From positions 62,001 to 126,000 of the forward strand of contig MCFH01000071.1 of NCBI GenBank assembly GCA_002104945.1: 64,000 bases of DNA, written 5' to 3'. The translations under genes were made by a program, and so were the position numbers. The notes beneath the pieces are model-generated. The model was not told the origin of the DNA, searched no databases, and worked only from the letters and a program-made list of their open reading frames with translations. Of this stretch, positions 37,501-47,804 are shown piece by piece; the stretch's first letter is position 1; every line of letters starts with the position of its first letter. The stretch is from Piromyces finnis finn. Taxonomy: Eukaryota; Fungi; Neocallimastigomycota.

Positions 37501-39145
37501 TTTTTTCGTTAAACACTTCACTAAATTCTAAATATTGGGTTGGTACGGCGACCAATTTATCTTTATTAATATCCTTTTCATTATTATTATTATTACTACA
37601 TGATTCATTATCATTATTACATGTTTCAATAATTTTCGTTACAATACATTTAACTTTTTTATTAAAACTAATATATTCATCATCGCTGTCATCTTCATCA
37701 TTAATGGTTCTAACAAGGCGGCCTTTAACATATTCTTTTTCTTCATGGTTTGGGACGGAGGGATCTACTTTCGGTTTTTTGGTTAAGCTTCGGTCGAGAA
37801 CATCATGATCTAATTGATCATTCTTGGACTTCTTTCTTGGTTTTCTTTTTCTTTTACCTTTGTTACAGTGTCTGGCACAATAACCAGAACTAAAAGCGAT
37901 TTTCTTAGAGTCATAGAAAGCATTTGGATTATGCTTCTTTATCCACGGCAAACCAAGAATAACATCAACACCGGGGACTTGTAATCCATAAAGTTGAATT
38001 ACTTCGAAGTGATTTTTGCAACGGAGCATACACTTCTCAGTCCTTTCCCATACACTTACAACTCCATCACTAACACCTGATACACGGAATGGTTCTACCT
38101 TTTCCAACTTAATACCAAGGTCTTCAGCAAGACTTGGATTAATGAAATTCAATTCAGAACCGGAATCAATTAAAACCTTAATTTTAACTTCCGAAACTTC
38201 ATTGGTACTCAAGTAAAAATCCACAAGATTTAAATCACTTTTCACTCCCTTGACTCCAACTTTGTAAATTTTTGGATTAACAATTTTTGGAGTCCTTTCT
38301 TTAACAATTCTTAACACTTTTCTGGGCTTTACTCTATTAGGACAATTAAATTTTAAATGTCCTGGCTGTTTACAAAGAAAACATAATCCTTTTTTCTTTT
38401 CTTCTTCAAAGTTGTCCATGTTTTCATTGTAATTTTTACTTGATCCTTGGATATTCACATACCTTCTACGCTTGTTTTCTCTACTAATTCTAAATACATC
38501 CACATCCATAGGATCATCAGCCCTTCTACTATTAAAATAAAATTCACTAAGCGAATTCCTTTTCATCATATCTTCAACTAAAATAGTTGAAGAAATCAAT
38601 TGTTCAATTGAAGTTGGGTTTGATTCAATGAAAGCCAACTTCTCCCTAAGTGGTGGTAGTAAACCTTTCAGAAACATGTAGATTTTTGCGCTATCATTAA
38701 AGCTTGAATTTTGGCTAATACGTTGAAACTCGGTAATGTAATCTAATACCTGACCAAGTTTCCTTTGGCGAATATTATCTAATTTACCGTTAGCTACAAC
38801 GGTATCGTATCTATAACTGCCAAAATTAGCCTTCAACCTATCTACAAATTTATCATAATGGTTTAAAACCTCACTATTATTCTTCATCAACACTGAAGCC
38901 CATTCCAACGGTTTACCAGAGAAGTATGATATAACAAAGTCGACCTTGACTCGATCTGTATTATACAGTGTCGGTCGAGTACGAAATACCAACTCAACTC
39001 TGGTTAAAAATCCATCCAATTCTCTTTGTTTACCAGAAAATACAGGTGGAGCATTAATAATGTTCCCCGAGTTCCCAGAAACACCTACAGTCCCATCACC
39101 CATCTCCAAATTCAAACTTTTAAACTCACTAATTAAGTCCTCCAA
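34553..39145 (-). CDS. Gag-Pol polyprotein with C-terminal chromodomain
   Basis: 1530 aa uninterrupted. Motifs: CFLCKQPGHLKFNC, VLIDSGS, YIDDILIY, SIDFIVDLP, DRGSQFTS, KLSWKGFDKSTWVSE. Confidence 0.97.
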   Translation of the reverse strand: MEDLISEFKSLNLEMGDGTVGVSGNSGNIINAPPVFSGKQRELDGFLTRVELVFRTRPTLYNTDRVKVDFVISYFSGKPLEWASVLMKNNSEVLNHYDKFVDRLKANFGSYRYDTVVANGKLDNIRQRKLGQVLDYITEFQRISQNSSFNDSAKIYMFLKGLLPPLREKLAFIESNPTSIEQLISSTILVEDMMKRNSLSEFYFNSRRADDPMDVDVFRISRENKRRRYVNIQGSSKNYNENMDNFEEEKKKGLCFLCKQPGHLKFNCPNRVKPRKVLRIVKERTPKIVNPKIYKVGVKGVKSDLNLVDFYLSTNEVSEVKIKVLIDSGSELNFINPSLAEDLGIKLEKVEPFRVSGVSDGVVSVWERTEKCMLRCKNHFEVIQLYGLQVPGVDVILGLPWIKKHNPNAFYDSKKIAFSSGYCARHCNKGKRKRKPRKKSKNDQLDHDVLDRSLTKKPKVDPSVPNHEEKEYVKGRLVRTINDEDDSDDEYISFNKKVKCIVTKIIETCNNDNESCSNNNNNEKDINKDKLVAVPTQYLEFSEVFNEKNCEVLPPHRPYDCEIKLKDDSTLFYGPLYPLTEVEREKLKKYIDENLNKGFIRKSSSPAGAPILFVKKKDGSLRLCIDYRRLNDITIRNSYPLPLISDLLERVKNAKIFTKLDLKSAYDLVRIKEGDEYKTAFRTRYGHFEYLVMPFGLKNAPATFQHFINDVLSDYLDDFVISYIDDILIYSNNIEEHHEHVKKVLKKLLENNLYVKLEKCEFDVKKTTFLGYVISKDGLQMDENKVKAIIDWPVPKNVKEVQSFIGLCNYYRIFIKDFAKIANPLHKLTRKNVAFNWGKEDQDAFILLKTLFTSAPILKHADSNKQFIVETDASNYAVGAILSQEFDGKLHPIAFLSKSLTSCQRNYPIYDKELLAIIVTLEEWRHYLEGARHQFIIYTDHKNLTFPRKPEMLSQRQIRWNLFLSRFDFKLIYRAGKKSGKPDILSRRSDHLVNDINSNVSCLTISLHHSDNKPLIDSILSELKNDDLYNSIVQFKMNGSTSNAPIKNIDKVIIDGEGFLLFNNLIYVPKSLRTRVLELHHDSVAAGHFGIKKTVELISRNFWWPRFHSDVKSFIKSCVTCCKSKVPRHKPYGLLSPLDTPSRPWSDISIDFIVDLPKSRDMTTLMVVVDRFTKFAHAIPLRCLPTASIAADAFIANVFRLHGLPNSIISDRGSQFTSDFWSRLCDLLNINHSLSTANHLQTDGQTERVNGILEQYFRCFINKKQNNWVDLIPFAEFAYNNTLQQSINQSPFFANYGFHPKFSLEIPANDRPSRAEQRVIDMNKNFKLLKESLEKAKETYKKYADMKRMSPPEFEVGKKVWLLKDSPGTNLKKKLAPQMLGPFEIIEKVSSLAFKLKLPKTMRCHPVFHVSLLEPYFENEFIDRSNSRKRNIHLNTDLIEKIPEKIEKMKSVNGETFYKLSWKGFDKSTWVSEDQIPDKQLIQEFERNSKKSKHKSNDSSMRIRKNKVGNLIKHRYQPFVIEIPSRKDSL

Positions 39146-39339
39146 TTCAAAATATAATATACAATATAAAATTAAAATGGTTTCTTACTACTGTTTCAAG
39201 TAAGTAATCTTAAAAATTTTTTTTTTTTTAATTACACTAGTACAATATATTCTAATACAAAAGTTATTCAAACGCGTTCTGCAAAGCAGTGTCGAACAAG
39301 TTTTGTATTACTAATTCCTTTAAGATTTTAATAGTTTTC

Positions 39340-39527
39340 TTTCTTCAATTTCTTGTCCTTCGGCGGTAGAATCCAACCAAGTAGCTTTTTCTTTCTTAAA
39401 TATCTTGTCCTTCGGCGGTAGAATCCAACCAAGTAGCTTTTTCTTTCTTCAATATCTTGTCCTTCGGCGGTAGAATCCAACCAAGTAGCTTTTTCTTTCT
39501 TCAATATCTTGTCCTTCGGCGGTAGAT
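39340..39527 (-). repeat. 5'-UTR tandem repeat, 52-bp unit, 4 core copies
   Basis: CGGCGGTAGA recurs at 39361, 39413, 39465 and 39517. Confidence 0.92.
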
Positions 39528-40246
39528 ACCCTAACGTATTCTTGGATTTCGTTAGGTAATTGTTATTGTAAAGTCGACACAAAAGAATAGATTAGGATAT
39601 CTATTCTATTACAATAACACTAAAGATTTATATAAAATTGTTTTGTTAAAAAAATATCTTTTATTATAATAGAAATTATATTAATAACAATTACATCGAT
39701 AAAATGATGAAAAATATCTTCTATTTATATTTTTCCTAAATACATTTATATTATATTATAACTATTTATTTCTTATATATTATTATTTAAAATCTACACT
39801 AAAATCTTAATTATTAATAAATATTTAAACTATAACTATTTTTAGTAAAATACAATTGGCAATTCAAATTAAGTACTATTCAATTTGAATATGTGCCCAT
39901 GTATTATTGATATATTAAACATTTAATAATTATATACTAGATGTCTATTTCTATTACAAAACAATACTAAAACTAGGGGTTTGAATTGAGAATTTTAATT
40001 TATTTGTTAAACATTAAGAATAAACTAATAATTTATTTTGTTTTAAACTTTAATTATTAATAAATAAATTATGTCCCATTTTCTTTTTCTGTAATATAAT
40101 TCGTGTAACTTAAACAATGATATTTATGGCTTAAGTTACATTAAAGATATCAATCTGTGGCGTTTGATATCTTTACATAATCTATTCTTTCTGTATCAGC
40201 ATTACAATAACAATTACCCAACGAAGATAGAGAATACGTTAGGGTA

Positions 40247-40425
40247 TCTACCGCCGAGTAAAAGAAGAAAAAAGAAGGAATAACTACTGGGTTGAAATTG
40301 AGTCTACCGCCGAGTAAAAGAAGAAAAAAGAAGGAATAACTACTGGGTTGAAATTGAGTCTACCGCCGAGTAAAAGAAGAAAAAAGAAGGAATAACTACT
40401 GGGTTGAAATTGAATCTACCGCCGC
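40247..40425 (+). repeat. 5'-UTR tandem repeat, 56-bp unit, about 3.2 copies
   Basis: TCTACCGCC recurs at 40247, 40303, 40359 and 40415. Confidence 0.92.
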
Positions 40426-40622
40426 CGAGTGGGAAGAAAGGACCAAGAATAACCATTAAGGATTGATTAGTAGTACAAAACTTGTTCGACACTGCTTTTG
40501 CAGAACGCGTCTGAATAACTTTTGTATTGTTTGATATACTAAAATTATCTTTTATAAATAATTAAAAAAAAAATTACTTACTTGAAATAGTAGTAAGAAA
40601 ACATTTTATTTATTTTAGTAAG

Positions 40623-43600
40623 TTGGAGGGTTTAATTAGTGAATTTGAAAATTTGAATTTGGAAATGGGTGATAGGAATGTGGGTGTTTCCGGGAACTCG
40701 GGGAACATTAATAATGCTCCACCGATATTCTCTGGTAAACAACGTGAATTGGATGGATTTTTAACTAGAGTGGAATTGGTATTTCGTACTCGACCGACAC
40801 TGTATAATACAGATCGAGTCAAGGTCGACTTCGTTATATCATACTTTTCTGGTAAACCTTTGGAATGGGCTTCAGTGTTGATGAAGAATAATAGTGGGGT
40901 TTTAAACCATTATGATGAATTTGTAGATAGGTTGAAGGCTAATTTTGGCAGTTATAGATACGATACCGTTGTAGCTAACGGAAAATTAGATAATCTTCGC
41001 CAAAGGAAACTTGGTCAGGTATTAGATTACATTACCGAGTTTCAACGTATTAGCCAAAATTCAAGCTTTAATGATAGCGCAAAAATCTACATGTTTCTGA
41101 AAGGTTTATTACCACCACTTAGGGAGAAGTTGGCTTTCATTGAATCAAACCCAACTTCAATTGAACAATTGATTTCTTCAACTATTTTAGTTGAAGATAT
41201 GATGAAAAGGAATTCTTTAAGTGAATTTTATTTTAATGGTAGAAGGGCTAATGATCCTATGGATGTGGATGTATTTAAAATTAGTAGAGAGAATAAACGA
41301 AAAAGGTATGTGAATATTCAAGGATCAAGTAAAAATTACAATGAAAACATAGATAACTTTGAAGAAGAAAAGAAAAAAGGGTTATGTTTTCTTTGTAAAC
41401 AACCGGGACATTTAAAATTTAATTGTCCTAATAGAGTAAAGCCCAGAAAAGTGTTAAGAATTGTGAAAGAAAGGACTCCAAAAATTGTTAATCCAAAAAT
41501 TTACAAAGTTGGAGTCAAGGGAGTGAAAAGTGATTTAAATCTTGTGGATTTTTACTTGAGTATCAATGAAGTTTCGGAAGTTAAAATTAAGGTTTTAATT
41601 GATTCCGGTTCTGAATTAAATTTCATTAATCCAAGTCTTGCTGAAGACCTTGGTATTAATTTGGAAAAAGTAGAACCATTCCGTGTATCTGGTGTTAGTG
41701 ATGGAGTTGTTAGTGTTTGGGAAAGGACTGAGAAGTGCATGCTCCGTTGCAAAAATCACTTCGAAGTAATTCAACTTTATGGATTACAAGTCCCCGGTGT
41801 TGATGTTATTCTTGTTTGCCGTGGATAAAGAAGCATAATCCAAATGCTTTCTACGACTCTAAGAAAATCGCTTTTAGTTCTGGTTATTGTGCCAGACATT
41901 GTAATAAAGGCAAAAGAAAGAGAAAACCAAGAAAGAAGTCAAAGAATGATCAGTTAGATCATGATGTTCTCGACCGAAGCTTGACCAAAAAGCCGAAAGT
42001 AGATCCCTCTGTCCTAAACAATGAAGAAAAAGAATATGTTAAAGGCCGCCTTGTTAGAACCATCAATGATGAAGATGATAGCGATGATGAATATATTAGT
42101 TTTAATAAAAAAGTTAAATGTATTGTAACAAAAATTAATGAAACATGTAATAATGATAATGAATCATGTAGTAATAATAATAATAATGGAAAAGATATTA
42201 ATAAAGATAAATTGGTCGCCGTACCAACCCAACATTTAGAATTTAGTGAAGTGTTTAATGAAAAAAATTGTGAAGTGTTACCTCCTCATAGACCTTATGA
42301 TTGTGAAATCAAACTTAAAGATGATTCGACTTTATTTTATGGACCTTTGTATCCATTAACTGAAGTTGAAAGAGAGGAACTTAAAAAATATATTGATGAT
42401 AATTTAAATAAAGGTTTTATTAGGAAATCATCGTCTCCTGCTGGTGCCCCAATTTTATTTGTTAAAAAGAAGGATGGCTCCCTAAGACTTTGTATCGATT
42501 ATAGAAAGTTGAATGATATTACCATTCGTAATTCATATCCTTTACCTTTAATTAGTGACCTTTTGGATAGGGTGAAAAATGTTAAGATTTTTACTAAATT
42601 AGACCTTAAATCCGCTTATAATCTTGTTCGTATTAAAGAAGGTGACGAATACAAAACAGCTTTTCGTACTAGATATGGCCATTTTGAATATCTGGTTATG
42701 CCTTTTGGATTAAAGAATGCACCTGCAACTTTTCAACACTTCATTAACAATGTTCTTAGTGACTATTTGGATAATTTTGTTATCTCATATATTGACGATA
42801 ATCTTATTTATTCTAATAATATCGAAGAACATCATGAGCATGTTAAAAAGGTACTTAAGAAACTACTTGAAAATAATCTTTATGTTAAATTAGAAAAATG
42901 TGAGTTTGATGTTGAGAAAACCACTTTTCTTGGTTATATCATTTCAAAGGATGGATTGCAAATGGATGAGAATAAAATTAAAGCAATTCTCGATTGGCCG
43001 GTTCCCAAGAATGTTAAAGAGGTTCAGTCTTTTATTGGTTTATGCAACTATTACAGAATTTTTATTAAAGACTTTGCTAAAATTGCAAACCCTCTTCACA
43101 AACTCACTAGAAAAAATGTTGCTTTTAACTGGGGGAAAGAAGATCAGGACGCTTTTATTTTATTAAAAACTTTGTTCACGTCAGCTCCTATTCTGAAACA
43201 TGCGGATAGTAATAAACAATTTATTGTAGAAACTGATGCTAGTAATTATGCTGTCGGTGCTATTCTCTCTCAAGAATTTGATGGCAAATTACATCCTATT
43301 GCATTTCTTTCTAAAAGTTTGACGAGTTGTCAAAGAAACTATCCTATATATGACAAGGAACTTTTAGCTATTGTAGTTGCTCTTGAAGAATGGCGTCATT
43401 ATTTAGAAGGTGCACGCCATCCGTTCATAATTTATATTGATCACAAGAATTTAACATTTCCTAGAAAACCTGAAATGTTATCTCAGAGACAAATTAGATG
43501 GAATTTGTTCTTATCCAGATTTGATTTTAAACTCATCTATAGAGCTGGAAAGAAATCCGGTAAGCCTGATATCCTGTCTCGTAGAAGTGACCATTTAGAG

Positions 43601-43901
43601 AATAATATTAATTCTGATGTTTCTTGTCTTACTATTTCGTTTCATCATAGCGATAACAAACCGTTAATCGATTCTATTTTATTAGAACTTAAAAATGATG
43701 ATTTGTATAATTTTATTGTCCAATTTAAAATGAATGGTTCTGCATGTAATGCACCTATTAAAAATATTGATAAAGTTATTATTGATAATGAAGGATTTTT
43801 GTTATATAATAATCTTATTTATGTTCCTAAATCTCTTAGGACAAGAGTTTTGGAACTTCATCATGATTCTGTTGCTGCTGGTCATTTCGGTATTAAGAAA
43901 A
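40623..43901 (+). pseudogene. Gag-Pol of element 4
   Basis: A 1-bp deletion at ~41814 (CTTGTTTG vs CTTGGTTTG in element 3) splits it into ORFs 40623-41828 and 41816-43954. It ends at the integrase GHFGIKK. Confidence 0.93.
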
Positions 43902-44040
43902 AAGTTTCATTAGGAAATCTACATCTCCTGCCGGAACACCAGTTTTATCTGTAAACTTTAAGTTGATTATCTTGTCATACCTTTTGATTCAAAGAATGCA
44001 CCACCTACTTTCCAACATTTAATAAATGACGTCCTTAATA
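43902..44040 (+). pseudogene. Deleted and decayed RT scraps of an H-like element
   Basis: Two short blocks match Gypsy-H 29086-29135 and 29362-29432. Confidence 0.7.
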
Positions 44041-46233
44041 TTATTAAATTGTTATATTTTATTAATTAATTGATAAAAATTTATTCATTTGAAAAAGAGG
44101 TTCTTTGAGGACATTTTAATTAATAGAATTTTCAGAAACAATAATTATAAATTATTTAATTATTTTAATAGTTTTGTTATTCTTATTATTTTAATAATTT
44201 TACTTTTAATTAAAGGTAAAGTTTTAAATAGTTTATTCTAATAATTTTACTTTTAATTAAAGGTAAAGTTTTAAATAGTTTAATTTATGTATTTCAATAG
44301 AAAATTCTTTTTCATTTCCTCATTACTTCTTATTTTGGAAATAAGAAGTAATGTTATTATCAACTCAATCTTCAAAACCAAATAAAATTAAAATGTCATG
44401 AACATTTACCATATATATAACATTTGAATTTATTAATAGAAATAATTTTGGTTTATATAATCTTTCATTTATATATATATATATATATAACGTAAACAAT
44501 TGTAAACTTTTTATAATTATAAATTAATATTATACCCATATTTATAATTATAAAAAGTACATATACATAAAAAATATATAAAATTATTTTGGAATGCATT
44601 CACAATTATTATTATTATTATTATGTATGTATGTATGTATGTATGAATATATATTATTTAAAAATATTTATTTTAAAGAAGATTATATTTAGCTAAACTT
44701 TTAATTATTTGAATGTTATTAGTATCTAATTTTAATTCATTATACTCTATTAAAAGACAATAGAAACAACAAAAATAATATTATATTATTCTATTATTGA
44801 TATAAAATCAATTAATATTTCATAAGTCAGATATTTATATTTTTAGAATATCTATCCAAATACAACATTTTACTTTCAAAAGAAACTTCAATAATATAAT
44901 AATTTAAAAATAAAATTAATTTAAATTATTTTATAATGCTCAATATTCTAATATTAATAAACCTTGTTAAACCATTCTACTTTTAACAAATATTCTAATT
45001 TTTAATTATTAGATTTTAAAGTTCTCATTAAAACTAATTCTAATTAAATTTATAAAATTGTAAAAATGAAAAAAAAAAAAAAAAAAACAATTTACAACCA
45101 ATAGGTAATTAAATACGGATTTGTTAATTAATAAATAATATATCTAATACAAATATATATATGAAATTTGAAAAAAAAAAGTTACAAAATAATAATTAAA
45201 TAATGAACTTTTAAAAATGGATTATTTATATTTACATAACATTTAATAAGTATTAAAAGCTTATTATTTAATTATTATCTTGTATCTTAATAAACCTAGT
45301 TGTATTTAATAACTTTTAAAACATTTTAGTTATATATAATTCTATGTAATAATTAATAAACCTAGTTGTATTAACAATGTACTAATTTTTATTAAATTTG
45401 TAAAGAAAAAGTTTAATAATGCAATACATTACATTATAGAACAATATTGTACATTTTATATATAATCGAGATAAAAGATAATACAAATTTTAATGATGAT
45501 AGTTTGAAAAAGTTTTTTATATTAATTAAAGTTTTGATTTTTGTATCATTATATTTTAGAAATGCAATTTAATATATGACACGTTACACAACTACCAAAA
45601 AAAAATGTTGATAATTTAATTTTTATGATTTTAATTATTATTAATATTTTACAGTATAATTAATATATATTATATTCATATTCTTTTAATATAAAATAGA
45701 TTAAAAATTCTAAATAATTTGTTTTTAATAGTATTTATAATTAAAATAATATATGATAAATATATGTAACAATTTTATACAAGTGGTCTCAAATTTTACA
45801 TTCTATATATATCAAATATATTTTTTTATGTTTAATATATATTAATGAATTTGTCTCTTTGATTCCTATTGGATAATAATATATTAATTAATATATTTTT
45901 TATTTTATTATTATTTATTAAAAATGATAAACTATTAATATAATAAAAATAAGTATTATTATATATTAATTATATTAAAACGCTTTACAATATATTAATT
46001 TATCTTTATTTTGTTGATTAAAAAATTTAATCAATAATATAGAATAATATAATACTTTCATATATTATTTATAATTAAATCTACTATTTTTATGATTTAA
46101 TATTAAAGGTGTGACAAACTAATTTTTTTTGTTTTAAAAGAAAATAAAGAAATTTATTAAATTAAAAAAGTTTAATAAATATTAAAAAACAATAAAATTA
46201 ATTTTTATATTTATGTCATATAAAATTAATTAA

Positions 46234-46288
<55 letters not shown>

Positions 46289-47804
46289 ATATTATTTGAT
46301 ATTTGTGGTGTAAACTTTTTAATATTAAATATTATTTACCTATTATTTGTTTTATTATACTAATTATTCTATCAATTTTAATGAGCATTGATTTTTATCA
46401 AATAAACTAAAAGCATGAATAAATGACTAGATAAAATATTGAAATATTGATTTAAAAAGTTTTTTATTTTTCTGGTGATAGTGTGGTAATGAATGTTGAT
46501 TGAGTGGTTGGTTGATGGTGGTAATGAAATATTATTCAATAAAATTTTTTAATATTTTAATAAGTCGAGAATTTTTTTTTTTTTTTTTATTTTTGTGCTA
46601 GGATGATTTATTTTTAATTTATTTTTTTAATATTAAAATATATTATTTTGTTTAAAATAAAAACATTTCGGTTTTAAAAATAAATAAATATATTTTTTTT
46701 TTTTAAATTTTTTAATTCCTTTTTTTATTAATAAAACAAAAGATATTCAACAATCGTTCGTTGATTTAAAGATATCTTTTTGATATATTTTATATATATA
46801 TAAACAAAATAAAAATAAATAAAAAGGAAAAAAAAAAAAAGGAAAATAAATATTAATAGTTTTATATTTTCCTTTTTTATATAATAAATTAAATTATTAA
46901 TACATATAGATAATGGGAATGTTTTAATTAAAAAAAAATAAATAATTCCTTAAAGAAAACAACAATACTTATAATAATAATAAAATATATATATAAGCAT
47001 TTAAACTATTTTGTAAAATAAACAGTAATTAGATAAATAATTATATAAAAACACCCTTTAAATAATAATAAATAATAATTTATAGGTAAATATTCAAAAA
47101 GATTAAAGTAATAAAATATAAAAAACAATCAAATCTATATTTTCCATTTTTCTCTCTTAATTTGTAAATATATAACTGTAATTTTAACATACAATAAAGA
47201 AAAAAGAAAAACAACTCTTTTCGATCTTTATTGGTAAGAAGGGGGGAAACATGTTAAATATTTATATTTATTTTTTTTTAATTTTCTGTTAATATAGAAA
47301 AAGATGAAGCTTATTTCAATATGATTATTCAATATAAATTAAAGTGAAATATTTTATGTAAATTTTTATATATGTTATCTGATATTTTATTATAACTTTT
47401 ATACTATAAAAGTATAATATCAATAAAATTAAGAAATTTATTTCAATATTTACATATTAATCATATAATAATATATCAAATATAATAATATATCAATCGA
47501 AAATAAACAAAACAACAAAAAAAGTTAAATACTAATTTTTAAGATTTTTAACATGTAAATTAGTAGTGAACGATGAAAGAGAATAATATATATAAAACAT
47601 TGTAAATCAACATTAAAAATAATAATGCGTAGTAAAATAAGCATATTTAAAATTTAAACGTGGTTAATTGAAAAAATTAAATAGAAAAATAAACTTTTTA
47701 AAAATTTAACCCTCGTTATTTTTAAAAATAGCAATATGTTAACAATTATTTTTTTTATTCAATTATATATTATGTTTATATTTATTCTTTCATATTATTA
47801 AAGA

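Larger units (their letters stand above)
33905..40177 (-). mobile_element. Full-length Ty3/Gypsy chromovirus, family I (element 3)
   Basis: LTRs 33905-34516 and 39567-40177 (~5 differences), PPT AGAGAGAGAG, self-priming PBS 39556-39566 and an intact ORF. Flanks do not match (AAAAT/TAATC). Confidence 0.95.
40178..43901 (+). mobile_element. Family I chromovirus copy (element 4): 29-bp 5' LTR remnant, PBS, frameshifted and 3'-truncated
   Basis: LTR tail 40178-40206 and PBS ATAACAATTAC 40207-40217. The ORFs are highly similar to element 3. Confidence 0.93.

Noticed and set aside
26704-40425. GC-richer periodic repeats as CRISPR arrays
   Set aside because: The units are tandem with no unique spacers, lie in retroelement leaders of a eukaryote, and no cas genes are present.
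40585-40620. Micro-intron supplying an upstream ATG to element 4 gag
   Set aside because: GTAAG...TAG spans only ~26 nt, and the acceptor AG is absent in element 3 and Gypsy-H.
44400-47800. Hidden gene or ncRNA in the long intergenic region
   Set aside because: About 90% AT with simple repeats such as (TAAA)n and (TATG)n; no ORF, splice chain or RNA motif that I can support.
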